NCBI GenBank assembly: GCA_025361145.1
Contig: JANYAV010000014.1
Location: 5,658-69,657 of the forward strand
DNA: 64,000 nt
Reading direction: 5' to 3'
Origin: Dehalococcoidia bacterium
Lineage (GTDB): Bacteria > Chloroflexota > Dehalococcoidia > Dehalococcoidales > UBA3254
The translations under genes were made by a program, and so were the position numbers. The notes below the pieces were generated by a model. It saw only the letters and a program-made list of their open reading frames with translations, was not told the origin of the DNA and did not search any database. Below are positions 38,459 to 47,944 of the stretch, in pieces. Each line of letters opens with the position of its first letter. Within the stretch, counting starts at the first letter, position 1.

Positions 38459-38557
38459 TTACTTAAAATTGGGCATAAAGGCAAACAATAAACTCACAAT
38501 GATGATTAAAGCAAAGACAATATAAATAAAATAGGCGAATCCACCAGTAATCTTCAT
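38459..38557 (-). CDS. Small 32-aa single-pass membrane protein (not in the ORF track)
   Basis: MKITGGFAYFIYIVFALIIIVSLLFAFMPNFK*; AAGG RBS; converges on the terminator at 38401-38433. Confidence 0.5.
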   Translation of the reverse strand: MKITGGFAYFIYIVFALIIIVSLLFAFMPNFK

Positions 38558-38770
38558 CGAATCTAAAACCTTATATAAATTTATTCTTTGAGTATATATT
38601 ACACCTGAGTAAACGACATTGTTTTTGGGCTCTTTTAAATAATATCATAATACGCGTTCAGAAATTGTAAATTAGATTGTATTATGCTATATCTTGACTA
38701 GCCAAGCGCCAGGGGTGCATATGGCTGGGAGACATCCTCCGATTCTTTTATTAAATTCCAGGAGAGCGAT

Positions 38771-39949
38771 TTGCTGGATGTAGCAGTTGTTGGCGCTGGT
38801 CCAATTGGCAGCCGGGCGGCTTACCGTCTGGCACAAATGGGCTACAGTGTAACCGTGTTAGAAAAGAGACCCTGCGCCGGTTTGAAAAACTGCTGTACAG
38901 GAATCATTAGTCAGGAATGTATTACCAAATTTAATATACCCCCAAATGTAATTTATCGCCAGGTAAGTTCGGCTAAGTTATTTTCCCCCTCCGGCCATTT
39001 TATAAAAATAAGCCAACCGCAGGCACAGGCATCAGTAGTTAATCGTTCTGCGTTTGACCTTCATTTAGCCGAAAAGGCTAGAAAACAAGGCGTTCGCTAC
39101 CTTTTTAATACTAGCGTAGAATACCTGGAAAGCCAAAGAGAAAAAGTGGTATTGTCCTGTAAAAGCGAAGAAGGGACATCAACACTCGAGGCTCGAACAA
39201 CAATATTGGCTTGCGGATTCAATACTGCGCTAGTCAGCAAGATCGGATTGGGGCAATGCCGCTATTTTACCACTGGTGTGCAAGCTGAAGTTCAAGTCAA
39301 AGAGCTGAAGGAGATCGAGATATTTTTCGGTAACCGAATAGCCCCGGGTTTTTTTGCCTGGCTAGTTCCCACCCATGACGATCAGGTACTGGCCGGTATG
39401 ATGACTAATCACGCCGGAGGAGCTTTCCTGAAAAAGTGGATCTCGGAGCTAGTGGATCAGAAAAGAATAGAGCCTGGTATTCATAATATCTGTTATGCGG
39501 GAATTCCGATATATCCTCTAAAACGGACCTATGGGGACCGTCTATTGGTGATAGGGGATGCGGCAGGCCAGGTTAAACCTACAACTGGCGGAGGGATATA
39601 TTTCGGATTACTATGCGCCGATATCGCGGCGGATACTTTACATAAATGTTTTACTGCTGATAAATTTACAGCTAATAATCTTTCGCCTTATCAGCATGAA
39701 TGGCATAAAATCTTAAGAAAGGAATTAAGAACAGAGTATTTAGCCAGACGGATGTACCAAAATTTAAGCGATGCTAGATTAGACAAAATATTTGCAATGG
39801 CTAAATCAGGTAAATGGGCGGATAGAATCATAGCTAAAAACAGAATAGCTTTTGATTGGCACGGAAAAGTTTTGTTCCGCCTGATCTGGACAGGCCTATT
39901 TTCGATAATATTAGATAAAATACGTTTGGTTTTTAGGAATAATAAATAG
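38771..39949 (+). CDS. Geranylgeranyl reductase-family FAD oxidoreductase
   Basis: VVGAGPIG, CCTG, NRSAFD, FAWLVP, GDAAGQVKPTTGGGIY. Confidence 0.85.
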   Translation: MLDVAVVGAGPIGSRAAYRLAQMGYSVTVLEKRPCAGLKNCCTGIISQECITKFNIPPNVIYRQVSSAKLFSPSGHFIKISQPQAQASVVNRSAFDLHLAEKARKQGVRYLFNTSVEYLESQREKVVLSCKSEEGTSTLEARTTILACGFNTALVSKIGLGQCRYFTTGVQAEVQVKELKEIEIFFGNRIAPGFFAWLVPTHDDQVLAGMMTNHAGGAFLKKWISELVDQKRIEPGIHNICYAGIPIYPLKRTYGDRLLVIGDAAGQVKPTTGGGIYFGLLCADIAADTLHKCFTADKFTANNLSPYQHEWHKILRKELRTEYLARRMYQNLSDARLDKIFAMAKSGKWADRIIAKNRIAFDWHGKVLFRLIWTGLFSIILDKIRLVFRNNK

Positions 39950-40023
39950 GCAAACATTCAAGTGTTAGGCAAATGCTCTGTTTGTAAGGCTTAGATAAGA
40001 ACTATATTTGAAAGGAATTTACT

Positions 40024-40815
40024 TTGGAATTAAACGTTGTAGATACCCATTCTCATCTGGATATGCCGGAATTTGCTATAGACCGAGAAGGTGTAATTAA
40101 AAGAGCCGGACAAGCCGGAGTTAAAACGATTGTAACTATCGGTATCGATCTTAAATCCAGCCAGGAAGCGATCCAATTAGCTCGGAGTTATCCCGGTGTT
40201 TATGCCGCAGTGGGTATACATCCACATAATGCCGAGGGTGTAACTGAAATGGATATTACTCAACTGCAAACCATGACAAAAAAATCCAGGGTAGTAGCTC
40301 TGGGTGAGATGGGATTAGATTATTTTCGCAATATATCCCCCAAAGAAGCACAATTAAAAGTTTTTAACTGGCAACTTGAGCTGGCTAATATGACCTCACT
40401 GCCAATCATAATACATTGCAGAGAGGCTCTCTCTGATATGCTGGAAATACTGGTGAAATGGTCAGCCAAGTCGGCTCTTAAGGGACCAAAGGGGATTATC
40501 CACTGCTTCAGCGGAGATTTGGCGACTGTAAAAACTTATGTAAATATGGGCTTTTACTTAGCTCTCGGTGGATATATCAGTTATCCATCTTCAGCCTCAT
40601 TCAGAGAAGTTATTCGTGAAATTCCACTGAAGAATCTGGTATTGGAGACAGATTGTCCTTTTCTGCCTCCCCAGCGATACAGGGGTCAGCGCAATGAACC
40701 GGCTTATACCTTATCAACACTTCAGTTACTAGCGAATATAAAAGGACTGTCAATCGAAGAAGTAGCGCAAACGACTACTACCAATGCACTGGAGGTTTTT
40801 AAAATTTCTTCTTGA
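40024..40815 (+). CDS. tatD: TatD-family nuclease
   Basis: DTHSH, GIHPH, GEMGLD, IHCR, HCFSG, ETDCP. Confidence 0.93.
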   Translation: MELNVVDTHSHLDMPEFAIDREGVIKRAGQAGVKTIVTIGIDLKSSQEAIQLARSYPGVYAAVGIHPHNAEGVTEMDITQLQTMTKKSRVVALGEMGLDYFRNISPKEAQLKVFNWQLELANMTSLPIIIHCREALSDMLEILVKWSAKSALKGPKGIIHCFSGDLATVKTYVNMGFYLALGGYISYPSSASFREVIREIPLKNLVLETDCPFLPPQRYRGQRNEPAYTLSTLQLLANIKGLSIEEVAQTTTTNALEVFKISS

Positions 40816-40972
40816 GGATAGTGTTAGGTTATTCAGCATTCTTCAGGATTTGGCTGAGTGTTGGTTATAAAAATATATTTCAATTAAATCAGGTTTGATA
40901 AACCCTTGCATCCATAGTAGAATTAACTCTGAAAAGAGAAATTACAATTTAATAAAAAAGGATTGATTCAAT

Positions 40973-41854
40973 ATGGAAAGTGGGACGTGGAAAGTTAAGA
41001 CTGGTTTGGCTCAGATGTTGAAGGGCGGCGTCATTATGGATGTGGTCAATGCTGACCAGGCCAAAATCGCTGAAGAAGCCGGGGCATGTGCGGTCATGGC
41101 GCTCGAAAGAGTTCCCGCCGATATCCGGGCAGATGGCGGAGTAGCCCGCATGGCTGACCTTGAAATAGTAAAAAAAATCATGCAGTCGGTTTCTATTCCT
41201 GTAATGGCCAAGTGCCGCATAGGGCATTTTGTGGAAGCTCGTGTATTGGAAGCTCTCGGTGTAGATTTTATTGATGAATCTGAGGTATTGACACCGGCTG
41301 ATGAAAGCTATCATGTTTGGAAGCAAGACTTCACAGTCCCTTTTGTTTGCGGCTGTCGCGACCTGGGAGAAGCATTACGCCGTATTGGTGAAGGCGCCGC
41401 CATGATCCGCACCAAGGGCGAAGCCGGAACAGGCAATATTGTTGAAGCTGTCAGACACATGCGCACAGTGCAAGACGCCATACGCAAACTAATTAATATG
41501 CCTCAGGAAGAGCTGATGTCATATGCCAAAGAAATCGGGGCGCCCTTTAACCTAGTCCAAGAAGTATATAAAACGGGTAAACTTCCTGTGGTCAATTTTG
41601 CTGCGGGGGGCATAGCTACTCCATCTGACGCTTCTTTGATGATGCACCTTGGAGCTGAAGGTGTTTTCGTGGGCTCTGGTATATTTAAGTCCGATAAACC
41701 ATCTGTATTGGCTAAAGCTATCGTTAAAGCGACTACTCATTATAAAGAATATAAAATTATTGCTAAAGTCTCTCAAGGACTGGGTAAGGCAATGCCCGGT
41801 AAAGATATCAAACAAATCCCAGAAAATGAGCTTTTGGCCAAGAGGGGCTGGTAA
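40973..41854 (+). CDS. pdxS: Pyridoxal 5'-phosphate synthase lyase subunit
   Basis: [35 protein letters not shown]. Confidence 0.96.
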   Translation: MESGTWKVKTGLAQMLKGGVIMDVVNADQAKIAEEAGACAVMALERVPADIRADGGVARMADLEIVKKIMQSVSIPVMAKCRIGHFVEARVLEALGVDFIDESEVLTPADESYHVWKQDFTVPFVCGCRDLGEALRRIGEGAAMIRTKGEAGTGNIVEAVRHMRTVQDAIRKLINMPQEELMSYAKEIGAPFNLVQEVYKTGKLPVVNFAAGGIATPSDASLMMHLGAEGVFVGSGIFKSDKPSVLAKAIVKATTHYKEYKIIAKVSQGLGKAMPGKDIKQIPENELLAKRGW

Positions 41855-41869
41855 GCAAGGGGGGATATT

Positions 41870-43393
41870 TTGCAGAAGGTAATAACCGATGACCTGAACT
41901 CCTTACTGGATATTCTACCTGAACACATACGTCGACCCTTAAGCGAGCAGCCAGATATCAGCGAACTGGTTGAAGTTATACTTGATCTGGGCAGAAAGCC
42001 TGAAGCCCGCTTTTTTAATCGTGAAATCACCATCATTCCTCAGGACATCTCCGAACTTGATCTGGAATATACTATTCATCGGGTAAGTGTTTTTGGTGCG
42101 GATAATCGTGCCGGCATCGAACGTACTCTTCACAGAATTTCTGCAATTCGCAATCGTAAAGGCACTGTGGTAGGTTTGACCTGTCGTGTGGGACGGGCTA
42201 TCTATGGGACCATTAGCATCATTCAAGATCTGGTGGAATCCGGGAAGAGCGTTTTATTGATGGGTCGACCAGGTGTCGGGAAAACTACCATGCTGCGTGA
42301 AATTGCCCGTGTATTGGCGGATGATATTAGAAAAAGGGTAGTAATCGTAGACACCTCTAATGAAATCGCAGGAGACGGGGATATCCCTCATCCTGGCATA
42401 GGACGCGCGCGCCGTATGCAAGTGCCTACACCTTCTTTGCAACACGATGTAATGATTGAAGCAGTGGAAAACCATATGCCGCAGGTCATTGTGATAGATG
42501 AAATCGGTACAGAACTGGAAGCCCGGGCAGCTCGTACTATTGCTGAACGCGGGGTACAATTGATCGGTACCGCTCATGGTAATACTCTGGAGAATTTGGT
42601 AGTAAATCCCACTCTCTCCGATCTTATTGGTGGTATTCAAACTGTTACCCTAAGCGACGAAGAAGCGAAAAGGCGCGGCACTCAGAAGTCAATACTAGAA
42701 CGCATGTCGCCACCAACTTTTAATATTTTGGTTGAAATACAGGAGAGGGACAAAGTAGCTGTCCACACCGACGTAACTGAAGCGGTAGATTCATTATTAC
42801 GGGGGCAACCTCTGGATAGTGAAATTCGCTGGCAAGACGAAAAAGGTGAACTACAAATCGCCAAAGAAAAACCGGCTGGATTGGAGACAACTACAGCGCC
42901 TAAAGCTAAAAAGATTAAAGAAGATAAAAAACCCCGTCTATACCTTTTCGGTGTAAATAAGAGCAGATTGGAACAAATTGCCAAAGAGATGCATTTGGTG
43001 CTGGATATAGTAAGCAACGCCAACATGTCCAATATTTTTATTACATCCAAGGCCTATTATCGAAACCGTCCACAGAAGATCCAGGATGCTGAGGCGGCCA
43101 ACATCCCTATCCATGTATTAAAGAGCAATGCTCCTAACCAGATACGACAACTGCTTGATTCGATCTATACTACTGATGGTCAAAAAGACCCGGTATCCGA
43201 GGCTATGCAAGAGGTTCAAACCGCTATAAATCAAGTGATGAAAGGAGATCCGGTGGTGGAACTCAGACCGCAAGGAGCCTATATACGCCGTTTACAGCAC
43301 CTGGTGGCAGAACAAAACAATTATTTTTCAGATAGTACCGGCAAAGAAACGGATCGGCATGTCAGAATTTATCGTCGTGGAATGAAGGGTTAG
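41870..43393 (+). CDS. Ycf45/SpoIIIAA-like AAA ATPase with an R3H domain
   Basis: [20 protein letters not shown]; C-terminal RRLQH. Confidence 0.85.
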   Translation: MQKVITDDLNSLLDILPEHIRRPLSEQPDISELVEVILDLGRKPEARFFNREITIIPQDISELDLEYTIHRVSVFGADNRAGIERTLHRISAIRNRKGTVVGLTCRVGRAIYGTISIIQDLVESGKSVLLMGRPGVGKTTMLREIARVLADDIRKRVVIVDTSNEIAGDGDIPHPGIGRARRMQVPTPSLQHDVMIEAVENHMPQVIVIDEIGTELEARAARTIAERGVQLIGTAHGNTLENLVVNPTLSDLIGGIQTVTLSDEEAKRRGTQKSILERMSPPTFNILVEIQERDKVAVHTDVTEAVDSLLRGQPLDSEIRWQDEKGELQIAKEKPAGLETTTAPKAKKIKEDKKPRLYLFGVNKSRLEQIAKEMHLVLDIVSNANMSNIFITSKAYYRNRPQKIQDAEAANIPIHVLKSNAPNQIRQLLDSIYTTDGQKDPVSEAMQEVQTAINQVMKGDPVVELRPQGAYIRRLQHLVAEQNNYFSDSTGKETDRHVRIYRRGMKG

Positions 43394-43394
43394 G

Positions 43395-44015
43395 ATGAAA
43401 CTATTTGTCACGTTTGAGGGTGGCGAAGGTTGCGGGAAAACCTTGCAGTCCAAAAATCTTTACCTTAAGATGGTAAAACTGGCGATGCCGGCGATATTAA
43501 TTCATGAACCTGGAGGTACTCCTCTGGGAGAAAAAATACGTCATTTATTGAAAAAGTCATGCGATATCCCGATATCCTCACTGAGTGAACTTTTGCTCTT
43601 CAATGCATCGCGCAGTCAAATTGTTGCGGATGTAATTTTACCCGCATTAGAAGAAGAGAAAATAGTTATTTGCGATAGGTTTTCTGATTCCACTGTAGCT
43701 TATCAAAGTTTCGCCCGAGGCTTAGATATTAGCACTGTTGAGCACGTGAACGGTATAGCCTGCCAGGGAGTGATACCAGATGTCACTTTTCTGCTGGATG
43801 TACCCCCAGAGATTGGTTTAGCGCGTAAGAGGGCCGGTGCTAATGACCGATTCGAACAAGAAGATTTGGATTTTCATCACAGGGTTAGGGAAGGATTTCT
43901 CAAAATGGCAAAACAACGCCCACGCCGCTGGGTTATTATAGATGCCACATTACCTGTAAAAGAAATTAGGGAAATAATCTGGAAGCGGGTGAGCCGAGAA
44001 ATAGAAAAGGCCTGA
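43395..44015 (+). CDS. tmk: Thymidylate kinase
   Basis: FEGGEGCGKT, EPGGT, CDRF..ST.AYQ. Confidence 0.95.
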   Translation: MKLFVTFEGGEGCGKTLQSKNLYLKMVKLAMPAILIHEPGGTPLGEKIRHLLKKSCDIPISSLSELLLFNASRSQIVADVILPALEEEKIVICDRFSDSTVAYQSFARGLDISTVEHVNGIACQGVIPDVTFLLDVPPEIGLARKRAGANDRFEQEDLDFHHRVREGFLKMAKQRPRRWVIIDATLPVKEIREIIWKRVSREIEKA

Positions 44016-44037
44016 ACTTAACAAGTTCAGGCCTTTT
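44005..44037. terminator. Bidirectional terminator
   Basis: aaaaggcctgaactt-aac-aagttcaggcctttt. Confidence 0.8.
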
Positions 44038-44054
44038 ATTAATAAAGTAAAATA

Positions 44055-44441
44055 TTACTTGGGTTGATCTTTCTTTTCTTCGGTCGATTGAGCCGGAGCG
44101 GGCTTGGCATATTTCTCTGCTAAATTTCCAACAACAGGAAGTTTAAGCATTTCTCCCTTATAAGCTTTATACATCAATATTATCCAGAGAATAAAAACGA
44201 TTACACCCAAAATCCCCATAATTATGCCGCCAAGTATGGGTATCCAGCCAATTATTATCCAAAGTATGGTATAGGCACCAGAGAGAAAAATTGATTGCCA
44301 GGCATGGAAACGGACAGTTTTATTTTCCTTTTCAATTAGCAGAAATATTATTCCTGTGATCCAGCCAAATAAGTAGCATAACAAACTTGCCACATTTTCC
44401 TGCAGACCGCTGCTTGTCTTTTTTACAGGTTGTTCACTCAT
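44055..44441 (-). CDS. DUF4870-like membrane protein
   Basis: ENVASLLCY..GW..GIIF..EK..VRFHA.QS; KLPVVG. Confidence 0.8.
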   Translation of the reverse strand: MSEQPVKKTSSGLQENVASLLCYLFGWITGIIFLLIEKENKTVRFHAWQSIFLSGAYTILWIIIGWIPILGGIIMGILGVIVFILWIILMYKAYKGEMLKLPVVGNLAEKYAKPAPAQSTEEKKDQPK

Positions 44442-44589
44442 TTTTTCTCCTTATACTTATAAGATAAAGTTAGTTGAGTTTATCTTTTAGCGAGGCGATT
44501 GTCAAGATGCAAAGTTTAATTGGCAGGTATTATCCAGGAAACCATTAAAAAGGAATAACAAAATAATAAAGTGGATAAAGAAGGGGCTT

Positions 44590-44663
44590 TGGCTGCCGAT
44601 CCAGGGCTCGAACCTGGGCATACGGATTCAAAGTCCGCTGTGCTACCACTACACAAATCGGCA
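44590..44663 (-). tRNA. tRNA-Gln(TTG)
   Basis: TGCCGAT..GCGGA-CTTTGAA-TCCGT..GGTTCGAGCC..GCCA. Confidence 0.95.
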
Positions 44664-44674
44664 ATCAGCAATAC

Positions 44675-44760
44675 TGCCGAAGGTCGGGGTCGAACCGACA
44701 TGAGAGTTGCCTCCCAATGGTTTTTGAGACCATCGCGTCTGCCTATTCCGCCACTCCGGC
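44675..44760 (-). tRNA. tRNA-Leu(CAA)
   Basis: GCCGGAGTGGCGGAATAGG..ATGGT-CTCAAAA-ACCAT, long variable arm; CCA not encoded. Confidence 0.95.
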
Positions 44761-44774
44761 CCGAAAACTCGATT

Positions 44775-44849
44775 TGGAGCGGAAGACGAGGCTCGAACTC
44801 GCGACCTCCTCCTTGGCAAGGAGGCATTCTACCACTGAACTACTTCCGC
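44775..44849 (-). tRNA. tRNA-Gly(GCC)
   Basis: GCGGAAGTAG..CCTCC-TTGCCAA-GGAGG..GTTCGAG..TCCA. Confidence 0.95.
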
Positions 44850-44857
44850 GTGAAAAG

Positions 44858-44930
<73 letters not shown>

Positions 44931-45106
44931 ATTACGCATAGAATTATACCAATTATGCAGGCTGAACGCAACCTGAGCCGTATCAAGCGACCTGAGATTG
45001 TAATATTTATGTATTGATCAAGCCTCTATGGTCGGTTTTATGAAGATAGCGGGGAATAACAACTGTTGTGAAGGTTTATTATCAAGAAGAATAGACTGTC
45101 CAAGTT

Positions 45107-45355
45107 TTACTTATTGATTAATTCCACCTCAGTTGCCCCATAACCACCGCTCCAGCGATCTGCCTGGTGATAAGATTTAACCAGCGCATGTGTGGAAAGA
45201 TAGCGGCCGACTTCTTGTTTTAATACGCCGGTACCTTTGCCGTGGACGATTAGAGCATAATGCAACCCTGCGGAGTATATATCATGCAGGAAATCATCTA
45301 TTTTGGGCAGAGCCTCATCCACTGTCATCCGATGTAAATCCAGTTCCGGTCCCAT
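45107..45355 (-). CDS. Stand-alone Smr domain protein
   Basis: LDLH, IVHGKGTGVL, GGYGAT. Confidence 0.88.
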   Translation of the reverse strand: MGPELDLHRMTVDEALPKIDDFLHDIYSAGLHYALIVHGKGTGVLKQEVGRYLSTHALVKSYHQADRWSGGYGATEVELINK

Positions 45356-46268
45356 CCAGCCCCCTTTCCGGCATTACCGAGATTAATGCTTCTTCCAAGC
45401 CAGGCACAATATCAAAATTGCCTATAACCGCCGGGTCTATCCACTTAGATTCGGTGTGTTCCCAATCTATTTTAATGGCATCCAGACGAGAAACCTTAAA
45501 GAGATAAGGGTGCACAATCCAGCGTGTTTTGATAGATATATCCACGATTTCAAGTGGCTGTCCCTTAACCACCATGCGAGCCTCTTTTTTAGTGAGACCG
45601 GTTTCCTCTCGAATTTCAAGCCAAGCCTGCTCGTCGGCAGGCCGGTCCATATAGCCACTGACAGTGCCCCACATATTTTTGTAGGAGCTTACCTTGTTTG
45701 AGCGTTTTAGTAACAGGATGCGATTATTAGCGCTCAAAAAACAGGTAACGACTTGTTTGATCTTAATATTCTCAGTATTGGCCCGGGGGCGTCCGTAATC
45801 CGTTAAATATTCCTTAAGCCAATTCAAACCTGCAGTCGCGGCCATTTGCTGGTTTTGCTGCCGGCTACCGGTAAAGATATGTTTACGATTGAAAGAGCCC
45901 TCTTTAGAAGCTAAGCCAAGATAAAATAACCCAAGCGGCTTATTTGGGGTAGCTCCGGCGGGTCCGGCAATTCCTGTATCAGAAATACAGACATCGCAAC
46001 CCAGGACACGACGTCCGTTATTGGCCATCTGTTCAGCAACCTGGGGGCTCACGGCACCATATTGTTCAAGGGTTTCAGATTTTATCCCCACCAAGCTAAT
46101 TTTGACGCTATTGTTATAAGAAACGATAGATCCTTTATAATATTCCGAGCTGCCTGTAACTGAGGTTATCAGGTGGGCAATCAGACCGCCGGTGGCAGAC
46201 TCTACAGTCCCCAAGGTTAGATGATGTTTATTAAGCAGGATACCGATTTCCTTCGCAGTGTTTTCCAT
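45315..46268 (-). CDS. CinA C-terminal (PncC, NMN deamidase)-NUDIX hydrolase fusion
   Basis: ESATGG, GSSEYY, K..LVG, GAVS..VA, TGIAGP; C-terminal Nudix box SG..EIREETGL. Confidence 0.85.
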   Translation of the reverse strand: MENTAKEIGILLNKHHLTLGTVESATGGLIAHLITSVTGSSEYYKGSIVSYNNSVKISLVGIKSETLEQYGAVSPQVAEQMANNGRRVLGCDVCISDTGIAGPAGATPNKPLGLFYLGLASKEGSFNRKHIFTGSRQQNQQMAATAGLNWLKEYLTDYGRPRANTENIKIKQVVTCFLSANNRILLLKRSNKVSSYKNMWGTVSGYMDRPADEQAWLEIREETGLTKKEARMVVKGQPLEIVDISIKTRWIVHPYLFKVSRLDAIKIDWEHTESKWIDPAVIGNFDIVPGLEEALISVMPERGLDGTGTGFTSDDSG

Positions 46269-47404
46269 TATATGAAATCTTCCATCAGTTTGAAGATAAC
46301 CTTAGGGTCTAATTTTTTATCTGTCTGATTCAATTTAAATTTAATCTGTTCTACCAATTCATGTCGCTGGGAATCTTCCAGATCAATCAGGTTCTTATAA
46401 AGGCCAACTCGGCGACCCACCATAAAATTGGCTTTTTCAGATATATTCAGAGACTCAAACCTATCTATTATGGCAATGAATTTATTCCTATCTTGGGGAA
46501 GCTTGCCGTCCAGCTCAGGCAGTAGATTAGAAACATGGTCACTAACTAAATTTGAATTGACATTCAATTTCTCGATAAAAAGGCGTTCTTCCCTAATAAT
46601 CTCCTCATCAGTGGCACGAATAAAACTGCCTTTCTCAATATCCAGCCTAAGCGGCACCTGATTATTGACAGTTAGTGTACGCATGCGGATAAATTCAGGA
46701 TTGATTTCATTTAAGGCAGAAGCCGTATATTTAGCATGCTGGATGGAAAGGTCCTTACCCCCCAAACCAAGGATAACATATTCACTAAGAGAGATACCGG
46801 ATTCGACTACTTTACGCCCAGCTTTTATATGCATTTCGGCGGTTTCGCCTTTATTCATAAACTCTAGAATGGGATCGTAACCTGATTCCAGGCCTATATT
46901 TAAACGCGAAAGACCAGCCTGTCTGAGCTGCAATAACTCAACCGGTTTCTTCTTGATAACGGTCTGAGAACGAGCATAACTGGTGATTCTTTTAGCTCTA
47001 GGGAAAGAGGTTTTTAGGTTTACCAGCACCTGCCCCAGATCTTCAGTTTTCAAGATAAGACCATTCGAGTCCTGTAGAAAAATATTCTCTCCTCCGCCCA
47101 GCAGCCACAAAGCCACGTTACGGAAAGATTCGTTAGGCGGATCTTTGAGTACCATACCGATTACTTTCTGCATACCGCCGGATTGTCCGGCTTTAATAGT
47201 GATCTCCATTATCCGGTCGCGCAGAATTTTGGCGACAGCGATGTCTCGTTTTATATCTTGCAGAGAACGGATTTCAAATTTATGGCCTTTATAAGCATTG
47301 CAGAATTTGCATTTGTTCCAATCACAATTGCGGGTAACGCGGATAAGCAGCGAGTTTGACTCGTTTGGCGGTCTAATCGGCCCAATTTCAAAAGAATATG
47401 CCAT
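46268..47404 (-). CDS. Radical SAM protein
   Basis: IRPP.E..SLL.RVT.NCDWNKCKFC, GLESG, SDH. Confidence 0.85.
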   Translation of the reverse strand: MAYSFEIGPIRPPNESNSLLIRVTRNCDWNKCKFCNAYKGHKFEIRSLQDIKRDIAVAKILRDRIMEITIKAGQSGGMQKVIGMVLKDPPNESFRNVALWLLGGGENIFLQDSNGLILKTEDLGQVLVNLKTSFPRAKRITSYARSQTVIKKKPVELLQLRQAGLSRLNIGLESGYDPILEFMNKGETAEMHIKAGRKVVESGISLSEYVILGLGGKDLSIQHAKYTASALNEINPEFIRMRTLTVNNQVPLRLDIEKGSFIRATDEEIIREERLFIEKLNVNSNLVSDHVSNLLPELDGKLPQDRNKFIAIIDRFESLNISEKANFMVGRRVGLYKNLIDLEDSQRHELVEQIKFKLNQTDKKLDPKVIFKLMEDFI

Positions 47405-47647
47405 TTACTTTTTATCTATTCCTTAAAGTTCGAATAGGCCATTCATAGAATATCTGAGCGTTCAGTCTAATTATGCTGAATATATACTATTTATAGAAAG
47501 CGTACTTAACCATTGGATTGATTATAAAATAGCAGACAGATAAAATAAAGGATGAAATATGGAAAGATAAACTCATTTCCAAATTCCACATTGAAATTTG
47601 GAGATTAAATTCCAAATTCCGATAGTTCAGTTCCAAATAGGTGAAAA

Positions 47648-47938
47648 ATGTCCACCAAAATAACCAGGTTATCTATTAAAGTTCAACCCAATGCGGGACA
47701 CAATCAGGTGGTTGATTTTAATAATAATGTCTGGAAAGTAAAAATTGCTGCTCCTCCTGATAAAGGCAAGGCAAACAAGGAAATGATCGAATTTTTAAGT
47801 GACGTACTGAGATTGCGTAAAGACGATATAACTATTTTGAAAGGTGAAACCTCACATAATAAATTAGTAGTGATTATCGGCCTAAATCCGGAAGAAGTGA
47901 ACAGCCTACTTAAAGCAATTTGCAACAAAGACCGATGA
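47648..47938 (+). CDS. DUF167/YggU-family protein
   Basis: KVQPNA, APPDKGKAN, GETSHNK. Confidence 0.9.
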   Translation: MSTKITRLSIKVQPNAGHNQVVDFNNNVWKVKIAAPPDKGKANKEMIEFLSDVLRLRKDDITILKGETSHNKLVVIIGLNPEEVNSLLKAICNKDR

Positions 47939-47944
47939 TTCTCG

